A DNA stretch of 49,373 bases from contig JAMCWF010000014.1 in NCBI GenBank assembly GCA_023481295.1, positions 1 to 49,373 on the forward strand, in the 5' to 3' direction. The notes beneath the pieces are model-generated. The model was not told the origin of the DNA. It made no database searches and worked only from the letters and a program-made list of their open reading frames with translations. Of the stretch, positions 34,902-44,695 are shown piece by piece (the stretch's first letter is position 1; every line of letters starts with the position of its first letter). This stretch comes from Armatimonadota bacterium (GTDB lineage: Bacteria; Armatimonadota; Chthonomonadetes; Chthonomonadales; JAMCWF01). The position numbers and the translations under genes are program-made.

Positions 34902-36575
34902 ATGATCCAAGAAGAGCTAGCCGGTGCTGTACTCGAGGCGATAAAACGGGCGCAAGAGGAGGGTGCCATCCCCGAACTGCCGGCGCCGACCATAACCATG
35001 GAGATGCCCCGAAACAAAGAGCACGGCGATTACGCCTGCAACGTCGCGCTCAGCCTGGCTGGACCGGCGAAAACGGCGCCCAGAAAGCTGGCCGAAACGA
35101 TCCTTCAATTTTTGCCGGGGGGTATCGGCTTTCTGGAGCGGGTTGAGATCGCGGGAGCGGGATTTCTGAACTTCTATTTAAAGCCGGATTGGCTCCAGGA
35201 CACTCTTTTCGAAATCGAAGAGAATCAAGGCCGCTTCGGGTGTTCACAAGTGCATGCGGGCGAAAAGGTGCTCATCGAGTTCGTCAGCGCCAACCCGACC
35301 GGCCCGATCAGTGTGGTCAATGGGCGAGCGGCCGCATTGGGTGACGTGCTGGGCAATCTGCTGGCGGCGGTGGGCTATCAGGTGGCCCGCGAATACTATA
35401 TCAACGACGCGCTCAATTCGCACCAGCTTGAGATGTTGGGTGAAACGCTGGCCGCTCGCTACCTCCAACAGCTCGGAAAAGATGTTCCACTGCCGCCGGA
35501 AAGCTATAAGGGCGAATATGTGAGCGAGATGGCGAAGAAGATCGTGGAGCGAGAGGGGAACGCTTATGAAAATGTGCCCGATAGTGAGCTTTTCCCGCTC
35601 TTTCGGAAGCTGGCGACCGATGAAATGATCTCACAGCAGCGCGGCGATCTGGAATCGTTCGGCGTATGTTATGATAACTGGCAGCGCGAAAGCGCGCTGT
35701 ATGAGGATGGAGAGGTCACCCAAGCAATCGAAACTATTAGGCGCCAGGGTTACGCCTATGAAAAGGATGATGCGATCTGGCTCAAGGCCTCCGCTCTTGG
35801 GGACAAGGAGGATTGGGTGCTGGTGCGCTCCAATGGCCGTGAAACCTATGTAGCGGCGGATGCGGCGTACCATAAGAATAAGTTTGACCGCGGGTTTACC
35901 CTCCTCATCAATATCTGGGGCGCCGACCATCACGGTTACGTCGCCCGGCTAAAGGCGGCGATCGCGGCGTTGGGATACGATCCGGCGCGCTGCGAGGTGA
36001 TCCTACATCAGATGATTCATCTGGTGAGAGAGGGTGAATCGGTGGTTGGCTCCAAGCGCGAAGGGAACGTCATTCCATTGCGCGAGCTGATCACCGAGGT
36101 GGGACGGGACGCCGCCCGCTTTACCTTCCTGCTCAGCTCGGCCGATGCGACCGCCACCTTCGATCTAGACCTGGTGAAGCAACAGACCAACGAGAACCCG
36201 GTATACTACGTCCAGTATGCGCACGCGCGGATCGCTAGCATTCTCAAAAAGGCGGCCGATAACGAGCTGGTTCTGAAAGCGGCCGCAAAAGTAAAAAGAA
36301 GCCTACTTACCCATCCACGAGAGCTGGATCTGCTGCGAAAACTGGCCGATTTTCCCAACGAGGTGCAGGTGGCGGCGGAGAATCGGGCGCCCCACCGCCT
36401 AACGCACTATTCGATTGAGCTTGCCTCCGTGTTTCACAATTTCTATACCGAGTGCCGGGTGATCGGTGAAGAGGTGGAGCTGACGCTGGCCCGCCTTGCC
36501 CTGATAAGAGGGGCGGAGCAGGTGCTGAAGAATGCACTGGGACTGCTGGGCGTCTCGGCGCCGGAAAGTATGTAA
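34902..36575 (+). CDS. argS: Arginine--tRNA ligase
   Basis: About 557 aa. Class-I core SANPTGPISVVNGR. The Add-1 N-domain and DALR anticodon-binding C-terminus end in M. GTG at 34896 is an alternative start. Confidence 0.9.
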   Translation: MIQEELAGAVLEAIKRAQEEGAIPELPAPTITMEMPRNKEHGDYACNVALSLAGPAKTAPRKLAETILQFLPGGIGFLERVEIAGAGFLNFYLKPDWLQDTLFEIEENQGRFGCSQVHAGEKVLIEFVSANPTGPISVVNGRAAALGDVLGNLLAAVGYQVAREYYINDALNSHQLEMLGETLAARYLQQLGKDVPLPPESYKGEYVSEMAKKIVEREGNAYENVPDSELFPLFRKLATDEMISQQRGDLESFGVCYDNWQRESALYEDGEVTQAIETIRRQGYAYEKDDAIWLKASALGDKEDWVLVRSNGRETYVAADAAYHKNKFDRGFTLLINIWGADHHGYVARLKAAIAALGYDPARCEVILHQMIHLVREGESVVGSKREGNVIPLRELITEVGRDAARFTFLLSSADATATFDLDLVKQQTNENPVYYVQYAHARIASILKKAADNELVLKAAAKVKRSLLTHPRELDLLRKLADFPNEVQVAAENRAPHRLTHYSIELASVFHNFYTECRVIGEEVELTLARLALIRGAEQVLKNALGLLGVSAPESM

Positions 36576-36596
36576 ATCCGCGCTCATCCCGCTTAT

Positions 36597-37400
36597 CTAG
36601 GATTCAGGCAAATTAAAAAGTCGAGCCGCGTTTTGCGAGGTGGCTATTCTTATCTCCTCGACCGGAATCAGCCGGATTTCGGCCAATCTCTTTGCGATGA
36701 GTGGGAGATAGGAGGGTTCATTTCGCCGGCCGCGATGTGGAACCGGCGCGAGGTAGGGGGCGTCCGTCTCCAGTAAAATGCGATCGGTCGGTGCCTTCAT
36801 GGCCACATCTTGAACGGCATCCACGTTTTTCTTAAACGTAATCAAGCCGCCGAACCCCAAATACATTCCGATTCCAATGGCACGGATTGCCTCGTTCATC
36901 GAGCCGGTCCAGCAGTGCATGACACCCCGGAGCTTGCCTTGATAGATCTCCAGCAGGTCTAACAGGTCGGTGTGCGCGTCGCGGCAGTGTAAAATAACCG
37001 GCTTATCCAACTCTGCAGCCAATTCAAGCTGAGCGGCCAGCGTCTCGATCTGTTTGTCTTTCATTTCCGGATGCCAGTGATAATCGAGTCCGATCTCACC
37101 GACGGCCACCGCTTTTGGGCGGCTTAGCAGCTCACGTAAGCTGTCCAAGCGGCTCATTTCCCAGCAACCCGCCTGATCGGGATGAACGCCAACCGAAGCG
37201 TACAGCGTTTCAGACCGCTCGGCAAGCCGGCAGGCAAGCAGGCTGCTCTCGAGGTCGTAACCAGGAACGATTATTGCGCCGACCTCATCGGATGCTTGCT
37301 GCAAGACCTTCTCAATGTCGGCATTAAAATCAGGATGATTGAGGTGGCAGTGCGTATCTATGAATTTAATGGGTTTCGGGAATGTGGTAGAAGGGATCAT
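36597..37400 (-). CDS. tatD: TatD-family metal-dependent hydrolase/DNase
   Basis: 267 aa. IDTHCHL, GEIGLDY, HCR and ETDAPY motifs. Confidence 0.85.
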   Translation of the reverse strand: MIPSTTFPKPIKFIDTHCHLNHPDFNADIEKVLQQASDEVGAIIVPGYDLESSLLACRLAERSETLYASVGVHPDQAGCWEMSRLDSLRELLSRPKAVAVGEIGLDYHWHPEMKDKQIETLAAQLELAAELDKPVILHCRDAHTDLLDLLEIYQGKLRGVMHCWTGSMNEAIRAIGIGMYLGFGGLITFKKNVDAVQDVAMKAPTDRILLETDAPYLAPVPHRGRRNEPSYLPLIAKRLAEIRLIPVEEIRIATSQNAARLFNLPES

Positions 37401-38179
37401 GCGGGCTGTGCGGCGGGTTCGGTCACCGTTCCTAACGCGGCCGGCAACTCCTCATACAATTCCACCGCATTCCGGTAATCGGATTCGGTGGCCGGATGAT
37501 TGCCGTACCAGCAGCGATCGAAGCGCCGTACCAGAGATGCGAAACGGCCGTACAGCCGCTCATTTCGGTTTATTTCTCGGATGTACTCGCCATTCGAGCG
37601 GCTGGGATCGTAACGGATCATATCATACTGGTCCAACCGGAGCAAGACGGCGTTAAAGGTGTATCGGAAGGCTTCTCGGTAATTTTGCTGATCGGCGAAA
37701 CCGGCGGCCCTCTGATACCAAAGGATCGAATCTCGGATGTCGGGGGTCAGCTCGGCGATGTCGGGCAAACTCATCGCATTACGATTGAGCTTTCCACTAA
37801 ACCGGCGATAAGACACGGCGATAACGACGCCTAAAATCAATATGATTAAGCCTAACAGTATCCACATCAAATAATAACCGGAGTGGCCCACAAACGGGAG
37901 TGCAGAAGCTAAATGATGGAGAAAACGGATAATCGCCATAAGTATGAATTGGAAAGAATGATTGATAAGCATCATGATCCTATCCCACACGCTTACCCGA
38001 TATTGGAACTCGGGTTTGGAGAGGATTTGGGCCAGCGCGGTCTTTACCTGAAGCGCCCTTTCAGCGCCCGTATTCGCTTGCGTTGTTCCGATAAGGATGG
38101 GGGTTAAGCGGGCGATCTCGCTCATAGTCTTCCGAGCTTCTGCGGCGGATCGAATCGGTTTAGGAGCACGTATCATCAT
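37397..38179 (-). CDS. DUF4129-domain membrane protein
   Basis: 260 aa. Central TM helices. C-terminal NYREAFRYTFNAVLLRL...GEYIREI...RRFDRCWYG pattern typical of DUF4129. ATGA overlaps at both ends. Confidence 0.65.
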   Translation of the reverse strand: MMIRAPKPIRSAAEARKTMSEIARLTPILIGTTQANTGAERALQVKTALAQILSKPEFQYRVSVWDRIMMLINHSFQFILMAIIRFLHHLASALPFVGHSGYYLMWILLGLIILILGVVIAVSYRRFSGKLNRNAMSLPDIAELTPDIRDSILWYQRAAGFADQQNYREAFRYTFNAVLLRLDQYDMIRYDPSRSNGEYIREINRNERLYGRFASLVRRFDRCWYGNHPATESDYRNAVELYEELPAALGTVTEPAAQPA

Positions 38180-39117
38180 CCTTGTTTCGAGCGGATCACC
38201 ACCGTAACCTCAACCGTATTTTTCCCCTTACTTACCGTAGTGTTGGGCGGCAGCATTAGCGGGACGGTTTGAGTGATGTTGGTTTTCAACCCATCCAGTA
38301 CGATTTTAGCGGTGGGGATGCTGGTCAGCAGCCGGAGCTCTTCCGGGCGCCCGTAGACCGTGATCTTATCGGGAGAAGGAATAATATCCACCACGCGATA
38401 GGGGTAGGGCGGTCTTCCCGCGATTTGTGGATTCACCAGCAATGTTCTGCTTGCCCATGCCATCAGTAGATTGATCTCAACGTGAGCGGTAGGGGGGGTC
38501 ACCGTCAATCCGTTGATCTGGCGATTGTTTCTATCCACTGGAATGATAGGCAGGTTGGAGTTTACCGCACCGGCACCGGTATCGGCATAGACAATCAACC
38601 GTGCCACTTTATTCAGCGTATCGCCAGGCCCGTTCAACTCGGCGATGGTGGGCTGAACGATAGGCACGCTAAAAGTTTTACCGAAGGGAGGCGAGTTTTG
38701 ATAGCTGACCGTTACTCCCATTCGGCGATGTTCTACCAGACTGATGGTTACCGGAATAACCTCCTTCACCCCGATAACCGTGACATTAGGGGCCGACCTT
38801 GGCAATTGATACTGTTTGATCGGGATGAGCGTGGTATTTGCGCTGATCTGAGAGATGTTGACTATTGCCTTGACATCTCCTTCACCGATCGCATTATACA
38901 GTTCGCTGCGCGGACCGGTTAAGGTTACCGGGACAGGGTTGGTTGAAACCTGAACGAGAAGGTCATGCGGGGCGCTGCCGACCGTTTTTATAGTGGCAAA
39001 AGCTTGGCGGGTAGTATGTGGATCCCTTTCGGATGAAACGTAAAACCAGAGCAAAACGGCGGCCGCCACCGCGATCATCTTTAAAGCTAAATTTTCACGA
39101 AAGGAACGGAGAATCAT
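38176..39117 (-). CDS. cdaR: YbbR-domain protein (CdaR-like regulator of diadenylate cyclase)
   Basis: 313 aa. N-terminal TM anchor followed by repeated YbbR-like beta modules. Positioned directly after cdaA. Confidence 0.7.
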   Translation of the reverse strand: MILRSFRENLALKMIAVAAAVLLWFYVSSERDPHTTRQAFATIKTVGSAPHDLLVQVSTNPVPVTLTGPRSELYNAIGEGDVKAIVNISQISANTTLIPIKQYQLPRSAPNVTVIGVKEVIPVTISLVEHRRMGVTVSYQNSPPFGKTFSVPIVQPTIAELNGPGDTLNKVARLIVYADTGAGAVNSNLPIIPVDRNNRQINGLTVTPPTAHVEINLLMAWASRTLLVNPQIAGRPPYPYRVVDIIPSPDKITVYGRPEELRLLTSIPTAKIVLDGLKTNITQTVPLMLPPNTTVSKGKNTVEVTVVIRSKQG

Positions 39118-39174
39118 TCGCTATCCATTAATCGAAATAGGGATGTTGCAACACTGTCTATTACTCTATACGGT

Positions 39175-40038
39175 CTATTCTCGATCCGCCCTCACTTTGG
39201 TGATTGCATCGCCGACCGTCCGGCTGAGTGTGTAGATGGGGGTAAAGCGCCGGTTTGTTTCGCGCTGTAGCAATTTATAGAGCCGGTCTTCCAAAACCTC
39301 CTCTTTTAACCCTCGTATTAATTTACCCTCGCAGGCCAGTGAAACAGTTCCCGTCTCCTCCGAAACGATGACTACCACCGCATCGCTCGCCTCCGACATT
39401 CCAATGGCGGCTTTGTGGCGGGTGTGAACCGCTGCATCCACTTTGGGGCTATCGGTGAGCGGTAACGTGCAGGCAGCGGCCACCAGAGTTTTCCCACGAA
39501 TCACGACGGCGCCGTCATGTAGCGGAGTGCCATAATAGAAAATCGTGTTTAATAGAGCGGAGGTTACTTCGGCCTCGATGGGCGTGCCGGTTGCGCAGAT
39601 GTCTTCCAATCCAGTTTCGCGCTCGAAAACGATTAAAGCCCCAATTCGCTTAACCGACATGGTGCCGACCGCGCGGATCACTTCACGGATCATATCCGAA
39701 ATCTCTTCCCGCCCAACTAGCCCAAAACTGTGGCCCCAGAATCCCAGCCGGCCGAACTCTTCCAGGGCGTGGCGGAGCTCCGGATAAAACAAAATGACCA
39801 GCGCAACCGGACCCAACGGAACCACCTTTAACAACAGCCAGTTCAAGGTGTATAGGTGCAGCCAACCGCTGATGATTAAGGCGAGGAAGAATACGATCAC
39901 GCCACCGATGATCTGCCACGCCCGGGTGCCTTTCGCTAAAAGCAGCAACTGGTAGATGAGGAAAGCCACCGCCCAAATGTCAAAAATAACCCGGTAGTCA
40001 AACCCTTTTAATATGTGGAGAATTTGGTTGGCCGTCAT
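39175..40038 (-). CDS. cdaA: Membrane-anchored diadenylate cyclase CdaA (c-di-AMP synthase)
   Basis: 287 aa. Three N-terminal TM helices. DAC domain with GALIVFE, LHDGAVVI, TRHKAAIG and VVVIVSEETG. Confidence 0.9.
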   Translation of the reverse strand: MTANQILHILKGFDYRVIFDIWAVAFLIYQLLLLAKGTRAWQIIGGVIVFFLALIISGWLHLYTLNWLLLKVVPLGPVALVILFYPELRHALEEFGRLGFWGHSFGLVGREEISDMIREVIRAVGTMSVKRIGALIVFERETGLEDICATGTPIEAEVTSALLNTIFYYGTPLHDGAVVIRGKTLVAAACTLPLTDSPKVDAAVHTRHKAAIGMSEASDAVVVIVSEETGTVSLACEGKLIRGLKEEVLEDRLYKLLQRETNRRFTPIYTLSRTVGDAITKVRADRE

Positions 40039-40294
40039 GGGTGAAGCTCATTTCTGAACCGAATGCAAGGTCCGACCATTTGTAAATTGATTGATCGTTA
40101 GACTCACCTCAATCACCTCAAGTTCCGGTTGTTGCAGGTTTTTGTCTTTCTATGATTGATTCTACCTGAATTGAATTGAAAAGAGGTTTCAACTATATGG
40201 GGGAAATAAACGATGGGAAATTTAGATTGTGACGATCAATATAACTATAATTCCAAACTGGCATCGAGTAAGATTAACGAACATTCAGCCGGTA

Positions 40295-42163
40295 TTACTC
40301 AGGGACACTCTTTCCTTTAGACCGGGTCAGAATCCCGGGCTCGCGATGTAAGTCTTCCTCAATGCGACGCCGGTACCCGCTGAACAGGGCATTCAGACCA
40401 AGATAACCAACGACTTTCGCTCCGTCACTGCGGTCTACGACGGCCAGCCGGTCTATATTTTCCATCGCCATTTTACGGATGGCTTGAAACAGGGATTCGT
40501 CCGAATAGATTGAAGCTTTGAAACCATCGCTCGCTAAGTGATCAGGATTTTGTTCGGCGGAACCCTTTTGTTCGCTGCTCGATTGCGATACAGCAGAAGC
40601 CGTCATCAAGTCGGTTTGGTTGATTACGACCCCATTCGGATGCGCACCCATGGCTTCGTGTGAGATTTTATTGGAAATATCGGATTCTGTTTGAGGGGTA
40701 TTATGGACGAGGCCCGTTTTATTTGATACCGGCTCCATCACATCAGCAATCGAGATCTGGTGGAGCACGTCGCTCTCAAATCCGCTCTGAGGAATTTGCA
40801 TCCCCCTGCGCGCGAGTTTTTCGGTCATAATGGAGTTCGGCATAATCGCCCGCGCCACACCGTCAGCGACCGCCCCGACCAGCATCAACGGAATGATGGA
40901 GGCGTAGTTATGCGTGATCTCGAAGGGAAAAATCATAAAGGCAAATGGGGCGCGAGCGGCCGCACCAAACACGGCACCCATTGCGGTCAGTGCGTAAGCG
41001 CCCGGCTCGAGGTGAGCGCCGGGAAACAGATGGTTCAACATGATGGCGTAGACCGCCCCCATTGCGGCGCTGGACATAAACATCGGCGCCAACAGCCCGC
41101 CCGATGTTCCCGATCCCAGTGACAAAATGAGCGCCAGCGATTTGAATACGGCGATTAAAGTGAGAAATTTCAACGCGAACTGATTGTTTAAGATGCCGGT
41201 GATCGTATCGTAGCCGACCCCGAAAACCCGAGGCACGAAATAGCCGATGATACCCAAAGCCAGTGCTCCAAGGGCGGGCCACCATAACCGGTCGATAGGT
41301 AGATTTTCAAACCAATCCTCCACACCATAAAGGCTGCGACTGAAAACCCAGGCGGTGAGCCCGCAAATGATGCCCAATATCAAGTAAAAGGGTATTTGGG
41401 CTGGGATGCCAAAATTGACCGGCTTCATCGGAAAGAGCGGGCCGGTTCCCATCAATACGTAGTGGGCAGCGGTCGCGATGCCGCTGGCAATGATAATGGG
41501 AATCAATGATCTCGCTTTGAATTCGAACACCAGCAGCTCCAGCGCTAAAATGGCGCCGGATATCGGAGTGCTGAAGGTGGCGGCCATACCGGCGCTAGCT
41601 CCGCAGGCAAGCAACGTTCTTCTTTCCGAGGCGGTGACCGGCAAGACTTGGCCTATCAGCGATCCAACCGCCCCACCGGTTTGAATAATCGGTCCTTCCG
41701 CGCCGAACGGACCGCCGGTGCCGATGGCCAGCGCAGCCGAGGTTGGTTTCAGGATGGCAACGCGCAATGAAATCCGACTCTGCTCAGCCAACACTGCCTC
41801 GATTGCCTCCGGTATCCCATGCCCTCGTATCTTCGGCGTGCCATACTTCGCTAAAACCCCAATGATCAAGCCACCGATCACCGGAACCAGAATCACCCAA
41901 GCGCCGATGTGGTTGTTATAGGGGCTGCTAAATTGGAATGACAGGCGGTGGAAGAAGAATAAATTCGTGAACAAGCCGATCAGATGGTAGAAGGAATAGG
42001 CGATCAGGCCGGCAATCACCCCGATGACGGCTGCCAGCATTGAAATATAACTGCTGCGAAATCCGGAAGAATCGAGCGTTTCCGGTCGGCTCTCTGTCGT
42101 AGGACTATGTGGGCTCGGGCTGCTCTTTTTATGGCTTGGCATAGCCATACTTTCCGCCTCCAA
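40295..42163 (-). CDS. ClC-family chloride channel/antiporter with C-terminal CBS-like region
   Basis: 622 aa. GHGIPE, GAEGP and GLLAPMF selectivity motifs. The exact start among M1/M6/M8 is uncertain. Confidence 0.85.
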   Translation of the reverse strand: MEAESMAMPSHKKSSPSPHSPTTESRPETLDSSGFRSSYISMLAAVIGVIAGLIAYSFYHLIGLFTNLFFFHRLSFQFSSPYNNHIGAWVILVPVIGGLIIGVLAKYGTPKIRGHGIPEAIEAVLAEQSRISLRVAILKPTSAALAIGTGGPFGAEGPIIQTGGAVGSLIGQVLPVTASERRTLLACGASAGMAATFSTPISGAILALELLVFEFKARSLIPIIIASGIATAAHYVLMGTGPLFPMKPVNFGIPAQIPFYLILGIICGLTAWVFSRSLYGVEDWFENLPIDRLWWPALGALALGIIGYFVPRVFGVGYDTITGILNNQFALKFLTLIAVFKSLALILSLGSGTSGGLLAPMFMSSAAMGAVYAIMLNHLFPGAHLEPGAYALTAMGAVFGAAARAPFAFMIFPFEITHNYASIIPLMLVGAVADGVARAIMPNSIMTEKLARRGMQIPQSGFESDVLHQISIADVMEPVSNKTGLVHNTPQTESDISNKISHEAMGAHPNGVVINQTDLMTASAVSQSSSEQKGSAEQNPDHLASDGFKASIYSDESLFQAIRKMAMENIDRLAVVDRSDGAKVVGYLGLNALFSGYRRRIEEDLHREPGILTRSKGKSVPE

Positions 42164-42328
42164 ACTTTCACGATTGAATAATACATCGTAATACGATATT
42201 ATTATACCAGTTGAAGGGTTTGATTTCGAGGCTTGAGTAATATAGGGTTGCTCTGGGAAGAGTTTGAAATTTTGAAAAAAGATTCCGGTGATATCCTAAC
42301 TGATAAACCGGCCAAAGGCGGGAACGAA

Positions 42329-42730
42329 ATGCCGGTGAGTCAAACCGATTACGAGATGCTGGCCTCTTTCCGCTATGCAATGCGAAGGTTTTTACATTTC
42401 AGCGAGCAAGCGGCAAAATCGGTTGGATTAACCCCTCAGCAACACCAAGCCTTACTGGCCATTCGGGGGTTTAGCAGGGCGTCGGCAATCAGCATCGGGG
42501 AGTTGGCTGAGCGACTGCAGGTCAAGCATCACAGCGCGGTCGGTTTGGTCAATCGGTTGGTGGTTCACAAGTTGATCGAGCGGGGATCGGATACAAACGA
42601 TCATCGCTTGGTGTATCTTCATCTATCCAGACGGGGTGAGGAGGTGCTAGATCGCTTGTCGGCCATTCACCGGGATGAGTTGCGACGAATGGTGCCAGTG
42701 CTCAGAGAACTTTTAAACCATATATCTTAA
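42329..42730 (+). CDS. MarR-family transcriptional regulator
   Basis: Winged-helix pattern LTPQQHQALLAI...ISIGELAERLQVKHHSAVGLVNRL...R..D..D.R. ATG at 42329 preferred over TTG at 42233. Confidence 0.75.
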   Translation: MPVSQTDYEMLASFRYAMRRFLHFSEQAAKSVGLTPQQHQALLAIRGFSRASAISIGELAERLQVKHHSAVGLVNRLVVHKLIERGSDTNDHRLVYLHLSRRGEEVLDRLSAIHRDELRRMVPVLRELLNHIS

Positions 42731-42927
42731 GTGACCGGGTAAGCACTCAGTTGTATGGGAATTAAAAGTTAACCGGTGAATCCTCACCCGGCTTCCCTCT
42801 TCAAGTTTGGAGAGGGAGCGCGCGAAAACCATTCCCATAAAACGAAACGATTCGTGACCTCACTTTTTGCAACATCTTACGGCCACATCCGGTATCATGA
42901 TCATGAATTTCCACTACGAGGAGCTGA

Positions 42928-44382
42928 ATGTCTGAGAAGGTCGCCGTGATTGGGTTGGATTGTCTGCCGCCCGAGCTGATATTTGATCGCTGGCTGCCCA
43001 TGCTGCCGAACATGAGATCGCTGGTAGATCACGGGCTATGGGGACGGCTGGAAAGCACCATTCCACCCATTACCGTGCCGGCCTGGATGTGTATGATGAC
43101 GGGCAAGGATCCGGGTGAGCTGGGAATTTACGGATTCCGTAACCGCCGCGACTTCTCCTACGATGGCCTTAGTTTCCCGAGCTATCGGTCAATTACCGCC
43201 GAAACCTTATGGGACGTTTTGGGTAGGAATGGGAAGAGATCATTGCTTCTTGGAATCCCGCTTACCTATCCACCGAAAAAAATTCACGGTGAGATGGTGA
43301 GCTGCTTTATGACGCCCAACCGTGAAGTGGAGTTTACTTATCCCGCCGAGCTGAAGCGGGAAATCGCGGCAACGGTGGGTGAGTACCTTTTTGATGTGCG
43401 GGATTCTCGTACCGATGATAAGGATCGCTTGCTCAACGACATTCAAACCATGACCCAAAAACGGTTTGAGCTGGCCGAGCATCTGGTGAAGAACCATCCC
43501 TGGGATTTCTTTATGATGGTTGAAATGGGTACCGACCGCATTCACCATGGATTTTGGAAATTTTTCGACGATCAGCACCCGAAATACGTAGCCGGCAACC
43601 CCTATGAGAATGCGATACGGGATTACTATATCCGGCTCGATGAACTAATCGGCAAGCTCATAAACTGTTTTGGCAAGGAGACGATTGTCTATGTGATCTC
43701 CGATCATGGGGCGAAACGGATGGAAGGCGGTATCTGCCTTAACCAGTGGCTGATTGAAAACGGATATTTGACGTTAAAAACGAACCCGGAGACGATCACC
43801 CGATTTTCAGTGGATATGGTTGATTGGGAAACGACCAGAGCTTGGGGGGATGGGGGATACTACGGTCGATTGTTTCTTAACGTAAAGGGTCGTGAGCCGT
43901 CCGGGACGGTCTCATCTGACCAGTATGAGAACGTTTTAAATAAGTTGGCCGCCCAGCTTGAAGCGCTGGGGGATGAACTCGGCCGTCCGATCGGCACGAA
44001 AGTCTACGCGCCAAAGGCAGTGTACAAAGCGGCCCGTAATGTGGCGCCCGATTTAATCGTCTATTTTGGTGATTTAAACTGGAGATCGGTCGGTAGTATC
44101 GGCCACCCTTCAATTTGGACCCATGAAAACGACACCGGCCCGGACGACGCCAATCACAGTCAGCACGGTGTTTTTATTCGATGCTCGAATCGGTTAGCGC
44201 CTTCGGAAAAGCGGGAGGGGCTATCCATATACGATGTGGCGCCGACCATTTTACAGGATTTCAATCTTGAAGTTCCGCCCGGGATGGGGCGCCATGCCGT
44301 TACGAATGATGGGGATACGATTTACAGTGAGGAGGAGGAGGCGGAAATCGCAAGGAGGCTCGAGGACCTCGGTTATTTGTAA
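42928..44382 (+). CDS. Alkaline-phosphatase-superfamily protein (type I phosphodiesterase/nucleotide pyrophosphatase-like)
   Basis: 484 aa. GAGGAG SD. VIGLDC...ITVPAWMCMMTG nucleophile region and SDHG metal site. Confidence 0.7.
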   Translation: MSEKVAVIGLDCLPPELIFDRWLPMLPNMRSLVDHGLWGRLESTIPPITVPAWMCMMTGKDPGELGIYGFRNRRDFSYDGLSFPSYRSITAETLWDVLGRNGKRSLLLGIPLTYPPKKIHGEMVSCFMTPNREVEFTYPAELKREIAATVGEYLFDVRDSRTDDKDRLLNDIQTMTQKRFELAEHLVKNHPWDFFMMVEMGTDRIHHGFWKFFDDQHPKYVAGNPYENAIRDYYIRLDELIGKLINCFGKETIVYVISDHGAKRMEGGICLNQWLIENGYLTLKTNPETITRFSVDMVDWETTRAWGDGGYYGRLFLNVKGREPSGTVSSDQYENVLNKLAAQLEALGDELGRPIGTKVYAPKAVYKAARNVAPDLIVYFGDLNWRSVGSIGHPSIWTHENDTGPDDANHSQHGVFIRCSNRLAPSEKREGLSIYDVAPTILQDFNLEVPPGMGRHAVTNDGDTIYSEEEEAEIARRLEDLGYL

Positions 44383-44400
44383 ACATTTCTGAATTAGGGG

Positions 44401-44635
44401 GATGTTGAAAACACATCTTTACTCCCCGTTTTGTCATTCCGGGGCCGCAAAGCGGAACCCGAAATCCAGAGCGTCAACATTTTGCCTGCCGGTGGACAGT
44501 GGGACCGGATTCCCGCTTTCGCGGGAATGACGATTTGGCAGTATCTGGCAGCATTCCAGCTGGCCGGTAGGCGAAGGGTTGGATTCCCGCTTTCGCGGGA
44601 ATGACGAAGCGGTGGGATCCAGCGGCTTTTTCAAC
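44401..44635. mobile_element. MITE family B, long copy
   Basis: Termini GATGTTGAAAAC ... TTTTTCAAC. Internal duplicated GGATTCCCGCTTTCGCGGGAATGACGA hairpins at 44506-44531 and 44581-44606. Confidence 0.75.
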
Positions 44636-44695
44636 CACCCTTTATGATCTGATTAAGAAAGGCCGGAAGACTCGAGCGCCGGAAAGGGGCTTGCA

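Noticed and set aside
44434-44634. ORFs lying inside MITEs: 44434-44634, 19409-19660, 19755-20015, 29172-29354, 14868-15086, 2399-2623
   Set aside because: Their peptides (FPRKRESNP, PSPLKGEG types) are translations of the repeat hairpins. The same reading frames are not preserved between copies.
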